Shown piece after piece: positions 30,309 to 43,280 of a DNA stretch of 64,000 nucleotides (position 1 is its first letter; the number at the start of each line of letters is the position of its first letter). A model generated the notes under the pieces. That model saw nothing but the letters and a program-made list of their open reading frames with translations, had not been told where the DNA came from and searched no databases. The stretch covers positions 6,951 through 70,950 of the forward strand of contig JAJOHZ010000026.1 of assembly GCA_021209625.1 (NCBI GenBank). The letters run 5' to 3'. The translations under genes and the position numbers were made by a program. Origin of the DNA: Erysipelotrichaceae bacterium. GTDB lineage: Bacteria > Bacillota_I > Bacilli_A > Erysipelotrichales > Erysipelotrichaceae.

Positions 30309-32390
30309 TTATTGAGAGTCGCGGTTGTTTTTCTTAGCAACTTTCTCAGCGATACTACGTGGAACTTCCTCGTAGTGATCAAATTGCATGGAGTAACTAC
30401 CACGTCCTTGAGTAAAGGAACGTAAGTCTGTCGCGTAACCAAACATTTCAGATAATGGGATGAATGCTGTCACTGCGACTGCATTTCCACGCTCTTCTTG
30501 ATCTTTGATTTGTCCACGACGTGAGGAGACATCCCCCATCACACTACCAAGGTAGTCTGCAGGAGCAATAACCTCAACATTCATCACAGGTTCTAAGAGA
30601 ACTGGATTACATTTCTTCGCTGCTTCTTTGAGCGCTAATGAACCCGCCACTTTAAACGCCATTTCTGAGGAGTCAACTTCATGGTATGAACCATCATACA
30701 AGGTAGCTTTGATGTCAATGATTGGGTATCCAGCCAGTAAACCATTGTTTAATGAGCTTTCAATCCCTTCCATCGTAGGTTTAATGTACTCTTTTGGCAC
30801 AGTTCCACCGATGACTGCATCAATGAATTCAAATCCTTTACCTGTTTCATTTGGTTCAAAGCGAACTTTAACGTGTCCATATTGTCCACGTCCACCGGAT
30901 TGACGTACAAATTTTCCTTCAACTTCGGCAGCAGAACGAATAGTTTCACGATATGCAACTTGAGGAGCACCAATATTGGCTTCAACTTTAAACTCACGTT
31001 TCATACGATCAACTAAGATATCAAGGTGAAGCTCACCCATCCCAGCGATGATGGTTTGACCTGTTTCTTGGTCTGTGTATGTTTTAAAGGTTGGATCTTC
31101 TTCCGCAAGTTTGCTTAAGGCTAAGCCCATCTTATCTTGATCACCCTTGGATTTAGGTTCAATCGCCACGTTAATTACCGGCTCAGGGAACACCATGGAT
31201 TCTAGGATAATGGCTTGTTTCTCATCACACAATGTGTCTCCCGTAATGGTGTCTTTAAGACCAATCGCTGCGGCAATATCGCCAGCATAGACATCCGTGA
31301 TTTCTTCACGGTGGTTTGCATGCATTTGCATGATACGACCGAAACGTTCACGTTTGCCTTTTGTGGAGTTGTAGACATAGTTACCAGAAGATAAGTGTCC
31401 TGAGTAAACTCTAAAGTAAGTTAAGCGACCTACAAATGGATCAGTCATGATTTTAAACGCTAACGCTGAGAATGGAGCAGAATCATCCGCTTCACGAACA
31501 GATTCTTCACCACTTGGAAGAACACCCTTAATCGCAGGAATATCCAACGGAGAAGGTAGGTAGTCCACAACCGCATCAAGCATGGCTGTAACACCTTTAT
31601 TCTTATAAGCAGCACCAGCTAAGACTGGGAAGAATTCACCAGTAAGAACACCTTTACGGATTGCTCCTTTAATTTGTTCTTTTGTTGGTTCTTCTCCTTC
31701 AAGCACAGCCATCATGACATCTTCATCATAATCCGCAATCGCTTCAAGTAATTTTGCACGATATTCATGAGCAGCTTCAACCATATTGGCAGGAATCTCT
31801 TTGATGAGATCCACTTTAAGCGCAACATCTTGGAAATAACGTGCGTTCATTTCAACAAGGTCAATGACCCCATCAAAATCAGCTTCAACACCAATAGGAA
31901 GTTGAATTGGAGCAGCTTTAGCTCCTAAACGAGATCCAATGGTACGAACTGACATGTAGAAGTCAGCTCCAGTTGCATCCATCTTGTTGACAAAGACAAC
32001 ACGAGGGACATTGTATTTGGTAGCTTGACGCCACACAGTTTCGGTTTGTGGTTCAACACCGCTTTTCGCATCCAGTACCGCAACGGCACCATCTAGAACA
32101 CGAAGTGAACGTTCCACTTCGACGGTAAAGTCAACGTGGCCTGGGGTATCAATGATATTGATACGATGATTATTCCAAGACGCTGTGGTTGCAGCAGAAG
32201 TAATGGTAATACCACGTTCCTTCTCCTGAGCCATCCAGTCCATCGTGGAAGCACCATCATGGGTTTCACCAATTTTATGAGCGCGGCCTGTATAGTACAG
32301 GATACGTTCGGTCGTCGTGGTTTTCCCAGCGTCAATATGAGCCATAATGCCAATATTACGCGTTCTATCTAAGGTAAACTCGCGAGCCAT
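30309..32390 (-). CDS. fusA: Elongation factor G
   Basis: Reads [35 protein letters not shown].. The ORF is full length and intact. Confidence 0.99.
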   Translation of the reverse strand: MAREFTLDRTRNIGIMAHIDAGKTTTTERILYYTGRAHKIGETHDGASTMDWMAQEKERGITITSAATTASWNNHRINIIDTPGHVDFTVEVERSLRVLDGAVAVLDAKSGVEPQTETVWRQATKYNVPRVVFVNKMDATGADFYMSVRTIGSRLGAKAAPIQLPIGVEADFDGVIDLVEMNARYFQDVALKVDLIKEIPANMVEAAHEYRAKLLEAIADYDEDVMMAVLEGEEPTKEQIKGAIRKGVLTGEFFPVLAGAAYKNKGVTAMLDAVVDYLPSPLDIPAIKGVLPSGEESVREADDSAPFSALAFKIMTDPFVGRLTYFRVYSGHLSSGNYVYNSTKGKRERFGRIMQMHANHREEITDVYAGDIAAAIGLKDTITGDTLCDEKQAIILESMVFPEPVINVAIEPKSKGDQDKMGLALSKLAEEDPTFKTYTDQETGQTIIAGMGELHLDILVDRMKREFKVEANIGAPQVAYRETIRSAAEVEGKFVRQSGGRGQYGHVKVRFEPNETGKGFEFIDAVIGGTVPKEYIKPTMEGIESSLNNGLLAGYPIIDIKATLYDGSYHEVDSSEMAFKVAGSLALKEAAKKCNPVLLEPVMNVEVIAPADYLGSVMGDVSSRRGQIKDQEERGNAVAVTAFIPLSEMFGYATDLRSFTQGRGSYSMQFDHYEEVPRSIAEKVAKKNNRDSQ

Positions 32391-32416
32391 ATAGTTCCTT
32401 CCTTTCTAAATGTGGA

Positions 32417-32888
32417 CTAAAAACGATAGTGTGCAAACGCTTTGTTTGCTTCAGCCATACGGTGAATATCTTCACGTTTCTTGACTGATCCACCAGTACC
32501 ATTAGCAGCATCGATGATTTCGTTTGCTAAGCGCATTTCCATCGTTTTTTCATTACGAAGGCGTGAATAGTTGACGACCCAACGAAGTCCTAAGGTTAAT
32601 TTACGTTCCGCTGAAACTTCAACCTGGAACTTGGTAGTTAGATCCCCCAACACGACGTGCTTTAAGTTCTAACATTGGCATGACGTTTCCAAGTGCTTTT
32701 TCAAACACTTCCATTGGTTCACGACCTGTTTTTTCTTCAATGATTTCAAATGCGTTGTAGAGAATAGATTGAGCTACACCGCGTTTGCCATCAATCATGA
32801 TTTTGTTAATGAGGCGAGTTACCAATTTTGAGTTGTAGATTGGATCGACCAATACATCTCTTTTTGCTATAAAACCTTTTCTTGGCAT
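32417..32888 (-). CDS. rpsG: 30S ribosomal protein S7, split by an apparent 1-nt insertion in this sequence
   Basis: ORF 32619..32888 ([34 protein letters not shown]) and ORF 32417..32653 (..[38 protein letters not shown]) rejoin if CCAGGTT (32623-32624 on plus) is read as CCAGTT. Confidence 0.93.
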
Positions 32889-32913
32889 GATTGTTCTCCT
32901 TTCAGATTAATGC

Positions 32914-33333
32914 TTATTTAGCGGCTTTTGGCTTTTTAGTACCATAGAGTGAACGACCTTGTTTACGGTTGTTAACTCCTGCACAGTCTAATGTTCCACG
33001 AATGATATGGTAACGAACCCCTGGTAAGTCTTTAACACGACCTCCACGGATAAGCACCACACTGTGTTCTTGTAGGTTATGACCGATTCCTGGGATGTAA
33101 GCAGTCACTTCCATTTGGTTGCTTAAGCGAACACGAGCGTATTTACGTAGCGCTGAGTTTGGTTTCTTTGGTGTCATTGTACCAACACGAGTGCATACCC
33201 CACGTTTTTGAGGGGATGAAATCACTGTAGGTTCTTTAACTAAAGTATTCAAACCACGGTTAAGCGCAGGTGATTTTGACTTCGTTACTTTGCTTGAGCG
33301 TCCAGTACGGACCAATTGATTCATTGTAGGCAT
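32914..33333 (-). CDS. rpsL: 30S ribosomal protein S12
   Basis: Reads [24 protein letters not shown].. from ATG 33333 after a GGAGAA RBS. Confidence 0.97.
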   Translation of the reverse strand: MPTMNQLVRTGRSSKVTKSKSPALNRGLNTLVKEPTVISSPQKRGVCTRVGTMTPKKPNSALRKYARVRLSNQMEVTAYIPGIGHNLQEHSVVLIRGGRVKDLPGVRYHIIRGTLDCAGVNNRKQGRSLYGTKKPKAAK

Positions 33334-33431
33334 GAAGTTATTCTCCTTTCTCACACACTTCCTGGTGTGCCATATTCTTCAATAAGGATGGTTTCCTGTC
33401 ACCAGGAAACCTCCTTTGAATATCCTCAAGT

Positions 33432-33460
33432 ATTTTATAGTCTTTTGAAAGAAATGTCAA
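33432..33460 (-). promoter_or_regulatory. Candidate sigma-A promoter of the rpsL-rpsG-fusA-tuf (str) operon
   Basis: Minus strand: TTGACA (33455-33460), a 17-nt spacer, then TAAAAT (33432-33437), immediately after the rpoC stop. Confidence 0.55.
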
Positions 33461-33462
33461 GG

Positions 33463-36400
33463 CTAGTCGTTATCGAAATCAGAATCTGATTCACGAATCA
33501 TTTCATCCGGGAGCGGAATGAATTCTTCGCTTTGACGATTACGTTCAAGACGTTCTTCAATTAAGTAATTCATTAATTCTTTAATGTCTTCTGAACTTGT
33601 ACGGTAGGCCGTAGAACCAGTACCCGCAGGGATGCGCTTACCGATAATAACGTTCTCTTTAAGTCCTTTGAGTGGATCAATCTTACCTTTAATGGCTGCA
33701 TCGGTTAACACCTTAGTGGTTTCTTGGAATGATGCTGCAGATAAGAAGGAATCCGTTTCAACTGAAGCTTTAGAGATCCCTAGTAATGCCGGTTTAAAGA
33801 TGGCAGGACGCTTACCTTCAAGTAAAGATTGACGGTTCAAGTTAGTGATGACGGGTAGAGATAATTGCATTCCAGGACTTAGTGTTGTATCTTGTCCATC
33901 AATGATAATCACTTTACGTAACATTTGACGAATCATGACTTCAACGTGTTTGTCTGAAATTTCAATCCCTTGGGAGGCATACACTTTCTTAACTTCTTTT
34001 AGAATGTAGTTTTGAACTTCATTGACCCCAGCAACTTCCAAGAGTTCCTTAGGATTCACTTGTCCTTCGGTAATCTTATCTCCTGCCACCAGCTCTGATC
34101 CCACTTTTAACCAAGAACGAATGTTTTGATTTGGTTCAACGTCATGTTCAATGGATTCATTGTCGTTGGAGACAATCACTTTTGTCTTACCACCGATAGA
34201 ATCAGGAAGGACGATTTCAGAGATGACACCATCAATTTTTGAAAGCACTGCAGAGACTTTTGGAGCACGAGCTTCAAAGAGTTCTTCAACACGAGGTAAA
34301 CCTTGAGTGATGTCTTGTCCTTCAGCTGCCGCAACCCCACCCGTGTGGAAGGTACGCATGGTTAACTGAGTTCCTGGCTCCCCAATGGATTGAGCGGCCA
34401 TGATACCTACAGCTTCACCAATTTCAACTAAACGACCTGTCGCCATGTTGCGACCATAACATTTCTTACAAATACCATAAGTGGATTCGCAAGTAAAGAC
34501 GTTACGAATGGTGACTTCTTTGACCCCTGATTCTTGCACCTTACGGGCTTTCGCATCATCCATGTATTCATCTTCTTCCACAAGCACTTCACCTGTTTTA
34601 GGATGAACAATGGTTTCTTTCGCAAAACGTCCCACAAGACGATCATAAAGTGGTTCGATAGTAGAGTTGGTCTTACGATCCACAATCTCTCCAACTAAGT
34701 AGCCACGATCGGTGAAGCAATCTTCTTCTGAGATCACCACATCTTGCGCAACGTCAACTAAACGACGCGTTAAGTATCCAGATTCTGCAGTTTTTAAGGC
34801 CGTATCGGTTAATCCTTTACGCACACCGTGGGTGGAAATAAAGAATTCACTGACGTTGAGCCCTTCACGGAAAGAACTGTAAATTGGCACCTCAATAATT
34901 GAGGATTGGTATTCTTTTTTGGATTTAGATTGGGTTGGTTTTGCCATCAATCCACGCATACCTGCTAATTGAGTAAAGTGAGAACGGTTACCACGGGCAC
35001 CCGACACAGCCATCATATTGATTGGGTTTTTACGAGGAAGCTCTTTCATGAGCTCATCCCCAATGTCGGCTTTCACACGATCCCATAAGGAAGTCAAATG
35101 ACGCTCATATTCCCAAGCCGTTAGACGACCACGCTTGAGTAAGCGAACCAGTTCATCCGCATTTTTCTTCCCTTCTTCCACGAATTTCGCTTTAGAAGGA
35201 GCCACGTTAATGTCAGCTAAGGAAACCGTCATCCCTGCAAAGGTGGAGTACTTAAAGCCTAAGTCCTTGATGTTGTCTAGAATTTCAGACGTCTTCTTCG
35301 TTTCATAACGAGAGAAGATTTCTGCGATGATTAATCCAATATCTTTCTTCTTAAACTCAGGAGCAATCCCCATTGCGTTGATGATGCTCTTCACATCACT
35401 GCCTGGTTGAATGAAATACTTATCAGGTGTCGCTGTGAAGTTAGCCTTTGATACTTCATTTAAGTATGGGAAGTCACTAGGAAACATTTCGTTGAAGATC
35501 AGTTTACCCACGGTGGTGACTAAATACGAACGATTTTGAGTTGGAGTGAAGCCTTCTTTCTTTAAGGAAGATGCTTTCACCGCAATTTGTGAATGTAAAT
35601 GGATTTGCTTATTTTCATAGGCAATGAGGGCTTCATTAAAGTCTTTAAAGACCTTCCCTTCATTGGCAGCATAACGCTCATGAATATCTGCCCCTTCGTG
35701 ATCATTGATGGAACGAAGATATTCTGCTTTGGCTAAGAATTCACTTGCTTTTTCTTCCATGTTAAGGAAGAAGTTACCCAACACCATGTCTTGAGATGGA
35801 GTAACAATAGGTTTACCATCTTTAGGACCAAGGATGTTGTTGGAACCAAGCATAAGAATTTCTGCTTCTGCACGAGCTTCTTCAGACAGTGGTACGTGTA
35901 CCGCCATTTGGTCACCGTCAAAGTCAGCGTTAAAAGCTGGCGTAACAAGTGGGTGAAGACGAATGGCACGACCATCAACTAGTTTAGGAAAGAACGCTTG
36001 AATACCAAGTCTATGTAGCGTAGGGGCACGGTTAAGAAGAACAGGGTGATGTTCAATCACACGCTCTACAATATCCCAAGCACGTGCATCTTGACGATCA
36101 ATCAGCTTTTCAGCTGTTTTTGGGTTGTTTGCGATACCCTCAGCCACAATTTGGTTAATGACAAATGGTTTGAAAAGTTGAATCGCCATTTCACGAGGTA
36201 AACCACATTCAAACATCTTGAGATCTGGTCCAACCGCAATAACGGAACGACCAGAGAAGTCAACACGTTTACCAAGTAAGTTTTGACGGAAACGACCTTG
36301 TTTACCTTTTAGGGAATGTGACAATGACTTCAATGCACGTCCACCTGCCCCTGTAATGGGTTTAGCACGACGTCCATTATCAATGAGTGCATCCACTGCT

Positions 36401-37268
36401 TCTTGAAGCATACGCTTTTCGTTTTGAACGATAATCGCAGGCGTTCCAAGATCTAAGAGTTTACGAAGACGATGTTACGAGTAATAACACGACGATAAAG
36501 ATCATTTAAATCACTGGAGGCAAAACGTCCACCATCCAATTGAAGCATGGGTCTTAAATCAGGTGGAATGACAGGAAGCACATCCAAGACCATCCATGAA
36601 GGTTCGTTATCAGAGTGAATAAACGCATCCACCGTCTCAAGACGTTTGATGAGTTTTTTACGTTTCTCATTCACTGCACCTTCTAAGTCTTTGATAATCT
36701 TCGTATGTTCCGCAGTTAAGTCTAGTTGAGTAAGCAATGTTTTAACCGCTTCAGCTCCACTTTGTGCAACGAAACTACCACGGCCGTATTGCTCATTGTA
36801 TTCACGAAGTTCTTTTTCAGAAATGATTTGTTTGTAGTCAAGGTTAGTCCCTTTAGGATCAGTGACAACCCATGATACGAAGTAAACCACTTCTTCAAGT
36901 TGTTTTGGAGGAATGTTAAGCAGTAAACTCATGCGTGATGGAATACCACGTAAGTACCAAATGTGTGCCACTGGTGCAGCAAGTTCAATGCTACCCATAC
37001 GTTCACGACGAACGTTGGATTTAGTGACTTCTACGCCACACTTGTCACAAATAACACCTTTGTATCGTACTTTTTTATATTTACCACAATGACATTCCCA
37101 GTCCTTGGATGGACCGAAAATGCGTTCACAGAATAAACCATCGGGTTCAGGTTTTTGTGAACGATAGTTAATCGTTTCAGGTTTGGTAACAATACCATAC
37201 GACCAATCACGGATACGTTCTGGTGATGCTAATCCAATTTGAATCGAGGCAAAATGATTGACTGACAT
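33463..37268 (-). CDS. rpoC: DNA-directed RNA polymerase beta-prime subunit, split by an apparent 1-nt deletion in this sequence
   Basis: ORF 36453..37268 ends ..[24 protein letters not shown] 33463..36411 begins at ..[15 protein letters not shown]. The sequence between reads [20 protein letters not shown] in the second frame. The frames rejoin at AAC-AT-CGT (36472-36474). The span is 3806 nt. Confidence 0.95.
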
Positions 37269-37283
37269 ACTGAGCCTCCTTTG

Positions 37284-40200
37284 TTAGTTATCCAATTCAT
37301 CATCGATATCCACATTCACAGCAGGCTCAGGAATTTCATCCTCATCCACGCTGTAGAGTGTTTCGATTTCACTGCGAGCTTCAATATCGGCGAGCACTTC
37401 AACTTCTTCCGCATTCATCTTCTTCAGATCAATTTCACTTCCCGCTTCACCTAAGAGTTTCACATCTATCGCAAGCGCTTGAAGCTCGTGCGTTAATACT
37501 CTGAAGGATTCAGGAATGGATGCTTCTGGAATGTCTTTACCTTTAATGATGGCTTCATAAGTCTTAGTTCGACCTAAGATATCATCCGATTTAATCGTTA
37601 AGATTTCTTGTAAGGCTCGGGATGCACCATACGCTTCAAGTGCCCAAACTTCCATCTCACCAAAACGTTGTCCCCCATTTTGAGCCTTACCACCCAACGG
37701 TTGTTGAGTGACTAGGGAGTAAGGACCTGTTGCACGAGCATGCAGTTTATCATCAACCATGTGAGCCAACTTAATCATGTACATGACACCCACAGAAATA
37801 CGCTCATCAAAGGCTTCACCAGTACGACCATCGTACAGAATAGTCTTACCATCATCCGCCATTTGTGCTTCAGTCATGATGGCTTTAAGTTCATCGTTAT
37901 TGATGCCATCAAAGACTGGCGTAGCAAATTTCACGCCCAATTTCTTAGCAGCCATACCCAAATGAATTTCAAGCACTTGCCCAATATTCATACGAGATGG
38001 TACCCCAAATGGGTTCAACATGATATCAATTGCAGTTCCATCAGGAAGGAATGGCATATCTTCGACTGGAAGAATCTTTGAGATAACCCCTTTATTTCCA
38101 TGACGACCTGCCATTTTATCCCCTTCAGAGATTTTACGTTTTTGAACAATCAAGACTTTAACAATCTCATTTACTCCTGGAGGTAAGTCATGTCCATCTT
38201 TACGAGTGAATCGCTTCACATCTTGAACAATCCCATTCCCACCATGAGGAACTTTTAAGGAGTTATCGCGCACTTCACGTGATTTCTCACCAAAAATCGC
38301 TAACAGTAGTTTTTCTTCTGGAGTAATTTCAGACTGACCCTTAGGAGTTACTTTACCCACTAAGACATCACCTTCTTTCACTTCAGAACCAATCATGACA
38401 ATCCCCTCAGCAGTGAGGTGACGGCATGCATTTTCAGAAACGTTAGGAATATCACGTGTGATTTCCTCAGGTCCTAATTTGGTATCACGAATTTCAATGT
38501 CGTATTCTTCAATATGAATGGAAGTATAGACATCTTCTTTGACTAAGCGCTCACTCATGATGACCGCATCTTCATAGTTATAACCATACCAAGTCATGAA
38601 GGCGATGGTAACGTTTTGACCTAAAGCCAACTCACCATTTTGCATCGCAGGACCATCCGCTAGGATTTCTCCCTTAACAACACGATCCCCTTTAACCACA
38701 ATTGGTTTTTGGTTAATGGAGGTACCTTGGTTGGAACGACGGAATTTTTGTAAGGTATGAACGACATCCCCCTCTTCACTACTGACGATGACTTTCTTAC
38801 CATCCACGTAAGTGACAACCCCACCCACTTTGGATGTTAGTGCACTTCCTGAGTCTTTCGCCACACGATATTCAATTCCTGTTCCCACAAATGGAGAATC
38901 AGGCTTGATTAAAGGAATCGCTTGACGTTGCATGTTGGCACCCATAAGGGCACGAGAAGCATCATCGTTTTCTAAGAATGGAATCGCCGCAGTCGCGACA
39001 GAAACAATTTGCTTAGGAGAGACGTCCGCAAGTTCAACCATTTCTTTAGGCATGATGACGTTTTCACCTTTATGACGAACCACAACACGATCATTGACTA
39101 AACGACGATTAACCACCTCGTTCGCTTGCGCAATAACATAATCGTATTCATCATCTGAGGATAGATACACCACTTCATCAGAAACAGTGAAATCAGGATT
39201 GACTTTACGATATGGCGTTTGAATAAATCCATATTCATTCACACGACCATATGTCGTTAAATTTGAGATTAGACCAATGTTTGGTCCTTCTGGAGTTTCA
39301 ATTGGACAAATACGACCATAGTGAGAGGAATGAACGTCACGCACCTCATACCCTGCACGCTCACGCGTTAGACCACCAGGTCCTAAAGCAGAAATACGAC
39401 GTTTGTTGGTTAACTCCGCCAATGGATTGGTTTGATCCATAAACTGAGACAACTGAGAAGATGAGAAGAACTCTTTAATTGAAGCGGTTAATGGTCGAAT
39501 GTTGGTAAGGTTTTTAGGTGTTAATGCTGCGACCTCGGTGATGGACATTCTTTCCTTCACAACACGTTCCATACGGGATAATCCAATACGGAATTGGTTT
39601 TGAATGAGTTCACCCACAGTACGAATACGACGGTTACCCAATTGGTCAATGTCATCAACATCACCCACTCCATCAAACATATTAAAGAGGTAAGAGAAGG
39701 AAACAATCATGTCTGAAACCGTGACGGTCTTCGCATGAGAAAGTGGATCAATACCACAAATCTTCACTTCATGATCAGAATCTTCCACTAAGACACGAAG
39801 TTCTTGAACCCCTGCACCCACAAGGTACACTTTAATGTCGCGACCATCTAAAGCAAGTTTTAATAAAGCTTCAGTATGTTTTGTGGAAAGAGGAGCAATT
39901 TTTTCCTTAGATTCAGAAAGGAATGAATACGGCTTAACAACCAATTTATCATCCACACTGAAGTCTACACCATCCACTAAAATGCGATTAAGCACAAATA
40001 AACGTTGTCCATAGTTTAGAACAGAGCGTAAGTTGTTGGCATCCACTGACACTTCATTGGCTATTAATCCGCCTAAGACTTGAATGGAGTCTAAGGAAGC
40101 AACAGCTGCAATGTCTTGATCCGTTAAGACTGTGCCACGTTCAATGATCTCACCTGTTGGAAGGATGATATCACTTGCGACAACACGACGTCTTAACGCT

Positions 40201-41417
40201 AAGTTAAGGCTTGGTGAAACGCTCACTGTATCTGGATGCGAGAATAAATGATTGAGTGGGAAAGCACTCATGTAGTGACCGGCACTTAAAACTTCACGTA
40301 ATTGATTGCGAACTTGACGTGTTACACGGGTTCCTTTTTCAATGACAACTTCGCCTTGATGATTCACCACATCTTGATTAAGCACATGGCCTTCAGCACG
40401 GTTAGCTGCTGCTAGTTTTTTATTAAGTTTATATCGACCTGCTTTGGTTAAGTCATAACGACGATAGTCAAAGAATTTCGCATTCAGTAAGTTGATTGCG
40501 CCATCTAGGGTTGCTACTTCATCAGATCGTTGGTTCTCATACAGTGACAACATCGCTTCTTGTGTGGTTTTGACTTTATCACTCACCAAGGTGTTTGCGA
40601 TTTCTTCGTAATGTCCAAAGTAAGCAGAGTAAAGTAAAATATATTGATTTAAGAATTCACGTTGTTCGGACAGAACTTCTAAATCCTCATGAACAGGTAA
40701 ATTTAAAGAACGTAAAAACTGTTTGAAACCTTGTGTTTCTAATCCATCCTCTCCTTTTTCTAGATCCAAGGATAATCCGATGGCTTTTAATAGAATAGTG
40801 GAAAGGATCTTTCGTTTACGATCCACACGCATGTTAACAATGCGACCTAATGCTTGTTTACGAGCATCAGTTAAGAATTCCAACCACGTCCCACGTGATG
40901 GGATAACTTCCGCCATGAAAATTTCCTTATTGGTTTTATCTTCAGTGGTAAGCTCATAGTATGCACCAGGAGAGCGAACAATTTGAGATACAATGACACG
41001 CTCAGCACCATTCACAATGAAGGTTCCCGCTTCAGTCATAAGAGGGAAATCTCCTAAGAAGATTTCTTCCACTTTCTCAATCAGTTCTTTGGTTTGTGAA
41101 TCTAAGATGGTTAACTTCATTTTCGCACGTAAAGGAGCGGCATAGTTTGCCTCTCTGATTTTACATTCAAGAACGTCATACTTAGGTTTTTCAAACCAAT
41201 AGTCTAAAAACTCAAGTTTAATGTTTTTATTATAGTTTTCGATTGGATAAATCTCATCAAAAACCTCTTTAATCCCTGTTTGTTTAAACCAATCAAATGA
41301 ATCGGTTTGAATTTCTACTAGGTTGGGTAAATCGTGTTCTCCCGAGACTTTTGAATAATCTCGACGTTGTGCTTTACTACCAAATTTTGTCAGGCGATAT
41401 GACTGTTTAATACTCAT
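37284..41417 (-). CDS. rpoB: DNA-directed RNA polymerase beta subunit (1377 aa, with lineage-specific insertions)
   Basis: Contains ..[31 protein letters not shown].., ..[11 protein letters not shown].. and ..[12 protein letters not shown]... ATG 41417 (MSIKQSYRL) follows GGAAAGGAAGG. Confidence 0.97.
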   Translation of the reverse strand: MSIKQSYRLTKFGSKAQRRDYSKVSGEHDLPNLVEIQTDSFDWFKQTGIKEVFDEIYPIENYNKNIKLEFLDYWFEKPKYDVLECKIREANYAAPLRAKMKLTILDSQTKELIEKVEEIFLGDFPLMTEAGTFIVNGAERVIVSQIVRSPGAYYELTTEDKTNKEIFMAEVIPSRGTWLEFLTDARKQALGRIVNMRVDRKRKILSTILLKAIGLSLDLEKGEDGLETQGFKQFLRSLNLPVHEDLEVLSEQREFLNQYILLYSAYFGHYEEIANTLVSDKVKTTQEAMLSLYENQRSDEVATLDGAINLLNAKFFDYRRYDLTKAGRYKLNKKLAAANRAEGHVLNQDVVNHQGEVVIEKGTRVTRQVRNQLREVLSAGHYMSAFPLNHLFSHPDTVSVSPSLNLALRRRVVASDIILPTGEIIERGTVLTDQDIAAVASLDSIQVLGGLIANEVSVDANNLRSVLNYGQRLFVLNRILVDGVDFSVDDKLVVKPYSFLSESKEKIAPLSTKHTEALLKLALDGRDIKVYLVGAGVQELRVLVEDSDHEVKICGIDPLSHAKTVTVSDMIVSFSYLFNMFDGVGDVDDIDQLGNRRIRTVGELIQNQFRIGLSRMERVVKERMSITEVAALTPKNLTNIRPLTASIKEFFSSSQLSQFMDQTNPLAELTNKRRISALGPGGLTRERAGYEVRDVHSSHYGRICPIETPEGPNIGLISNLTTYGRVNEYGFIQTPYRKVNPDFTVSDEVVYLSSDDEYDYVIAQANEVVNRRLVNDRVVVRHKGENVIMPKEMVELADVSPKQIVSVATAAIPFLENDDASRALMGANMQRQAIPLIKPDSPFVGTGIEYRVAKDSGSALTSKVGGVVTYVDGKKVIVSSEEGDVVHTLQKFRRSNQGTSINQKPIVVKGDRVVKGEILADGPAMQNGELALGQNVTIAFMTWYGYNYEDAVIMSERLVKEDVYTSIHIEEYDIEIRDTKLGPEEITRDIPNVSENACRHLTAEGIVMIGSEVKEGDVLVGKVTPKGQSEITPEEKLLLAIFGEKSREVRDNSLKVPHGGNGIVQDVKRFTRKDGHDLPPGVNEIVKVLIVQKRKISEGDKMAGRHGNKGVISKILPVEDMPFLPDGTAIDIMLNPFGVPSRMNIGQVLEIHLGMAAKKLGVKFATPVFDGINNDELKAIMTEAQMADDGKTILYDGRTGEAFDERISVGVMYMIKLAHMVDDKLHARATGPYSLVTQQPLGGKAQNGGQRFGEMEVWALEAYGASRALQEILTIKSDDILGRTKTYEAIIKGKDIPEASIPESFRVLTHELQALAIDVKLLGEAGSEIDLKKMNAEEVEVLADIEARSEIETLYSVDEDEIPEPAVNVDIDDELDN

Positions 41418-41523
41418 GCAAGCCTTCCTTTCCCAAAGCAACCAAAATCGTAAAAGGGTATGAATCCCCTATTATAAATTTTGATTAAGCAATTTATTAT
41501 TCTAACAAAAAACAAGTGATAAG

Positions 41524-42118
41524 TCAATGTGAAGAGCAAGACAAAATCCAAAATCCACGGTCTTGAGTCACTTTCTTAACATGATGACCTAATGAAGCTA
41601 AATACTTCATGGTGCTTTCAGCACCTTTATCCTTACGGATAACCATCCATAAGGTTCCACGAGGGTTAAGATGAGTCAAAGCCTCTTGGTAGAGTTCATA
41701 TAACTTTGACTTGCCTATACGTATCGGTGGATTAAACACAATCCAATCAAAGGATGAATCAATAGCCTCAAATCCATCACTGTGAATGATTTTAATCTTA
41801 ACGTCATTGTGCTGTGCATTCAATACCGTGAGATCTATCGCATCCTCATTCACATCACTTGAAGTGATTTCAAGATGTGAATACACCTTTTTTTAATGTA
41901 ATACCAACCACTCCATACCCACAACCTAAATCTAAAAGCGATTGAGCTTGACTCAAATCAGGCAGTGATGAAAGCAAGAGTTGCGTCCCTTCATCCACAT
42001 GATCTTTTGAAAAGATATTTTCATGAGTTTCAAATTCGCAATCAACGCCCAAAAACCGGAAAGGAATCCTTTTCCGGTTTAAGGGTTTTGAATGCATAGG
42101 TTTAAAGTAATGGTTCAA
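41524..42118 (-). CDS. Small-domain class I SAM methyltransferase (RsmC/YbxB-like), split by one frameshift in an A7 run
   Basis: ORF 41870..42118 (..LLDLGCGYGVVGITLKK) plus ORF 41524..41886 (..FDWIVFNPPIRIGK..). The GxGxG and NPPxH-like motifs are present. It occupies the same rplL-to-rpoB position as B. subtilis ybxB. Confidence 0.75.
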
Positions 42119-42169
42119 GGTTCACCTCCACGTGCAACACAAGGTTGCTAAACGTTTTCGAGGTAAAAA

Positions 42170-42544
42170 TTACTTGATTTCTACAGTTGCACCAGCTTCA
42201 ACAAGCTTAGCTTTGATTTCTTCAGCAGCTTCTGGTCTGATGTTTTCTTTGATAGCAACTGGAGCTTTGTCAACTAAGCCTTTCGCTTCTACTAAGCCTA
42301 AGCCAGTAAGTTCACGAACAACTTTGATGACGCCAACTTTAGATGCGCCAACCTCTTTAAGGATGACAGATACGTCTTTTACTTCTTCTTCAACTGGAGC
42401 AGCAGCAGCGACAGCACCTGCAGCTACTGGAGCAGCAGCAGTGACACCGAATTCTTCTTCGATTGCTTTTACTAGGTCGTTTAATTCTAAGATTGTCATT
42501 TCCTTTAAGGATTCAATGACTTGAGTTGCAGTTAATTTTGCCAT
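42170..42544 (-). CDS. rplL: 50S ribosomal protein L7/L12
   Basis: Contains ..[22 protein letters not shown].. and ..[15 protein letters not shown].. Confidence 0.98.
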   Translation of the reverse strand: MAKLTATQVIESLKEMTILELNDLVKAIEEEFGVTAAAPVAAGAVAAAAPVEEEVKDVSVILKEVGASKVGVIKVVRELTGLGLVEAKGLVDKAPVAIKENIRPEAAEEIKAKLVEAGATVEIK

Positions 42545-42558
42545 GATGGTTAATCCTC

Positions 42559-43050
42559 CTATTGTTCTTTCTGATCAGCAATTTGCTTGATGGCATACGC
42601 GAAGTTGCGTACTGGTGATTGGAACATTCCAAGTAACATGGAAATCATTCCATCGCGGTTTGGTAGAGTTGCGATAGTGCTTAAGCCAGCAGCATCCACA
42701 ATTTTCCCTTCAACAATTCCGCTCTTTAAGATAAGTGCTTTATTTTTCTTTGCGAATTCAGCTAAAACACGAGCTGGTGCGACAGCATCATCTGAGAATG
42801 CCATGGCGTTAGGTCCGGTTAAACTTGGTACTAAATCACCAAATCCACTTGCCTCTGCTGCACGTTGTGACATTGAGTTCTTGTAGACTTTGAAATCAAT
42901 GTTTTCAGCGCGGAGCTTACGACGAAGGGTAGTGAGTTGCGCCACAGATAAACCACGATATTCAACTACAACTGTAGATGAACTTGAAGCGATCTTCGAT
43001 TGAATTTCTTCAACGACGACTTTCTTCGCATCAATGACCGTTTGATTCAT
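42559..43050 (-). CDS. rplJ: 50S ribosomal protein L10
   Basis: Reads [40 protein letters not shown].. ATG 43050 follows AAGGAGG. Confidence 0.96.
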   Translation of the reverse strand: MNQTVIDAKKVVVEEIQSKIASSSSTVVVEYRGLSVAQLTTLRRKLRAENIDFKVYKNSMSQRAAEASGFGDLVPSLTGPNAMAFSDDAVAPARVLAEFAKKNKALILKSGIVEGKIVDAAGLSTIATLPNRDGMISMLLGMFQSPVRNFAYAIKQIADQKEQ

Positions 43051-43230
43051 TGGGGTATGTCCTCCTTCTTTTGTTTGTATCAAACCCTACAAATGTATAA
43101 AACTCGCATCTAATGACACGAGCAAAAAGGTTGATCTTTTTCCTCGGCAACATGATTAAGCCTGATTGGGCCGTTGCTGTCTTAGGCTTTGATAGCGTTA
43201 TAAGTGTATCATAAATGAAACAGTTGTCAA
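43051..43230 (-). promoter_or_regulatory. Candidate rplJL promoter plus a ~150-nt leader (possible L10-leader autoregulatory RNA)
   Basis: Minus strand: TTGACA (43225-43230), a 16-nt spacer ending in TGA, then TACACT (43203-43208). The leader contains AAGCCT-AAGACAGCAACGGCCCAATC-AGGCTT, whose loop resembles the 23S GTPase-centre segment bound by L10/L11. I have not checked this against a covariance model. Confidence 0.4.
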
Positions 43231-43251
43231 CCTTTAATGGAACATCCACAA

Positions 43252-43280
43252 GAAAAAACGTGATGTTACACCATCACGTT
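43252..43280 (-). terminator. Rho-independent terminator after the PadR-associated membrane protein gene
   Basis: The minus strand reads AACGTGATG-GTGTAA-CATCACGTT followed by a T-run. The stem overlaps the TGA stop. Confidence 0.65.

Noticed and set aside
42132-42524. 130-aa plus-strand ORF (Ala/Ser/Thr-rich) antisense to rplL
   Set aside because: It exactly mirrors the highly biased, Ala/Glu/Val-rich rplL coding sequence. It has no RBS, and its composition is what the antisense of GCN/GAA/GTN codons produces. It is a shadow ORF.
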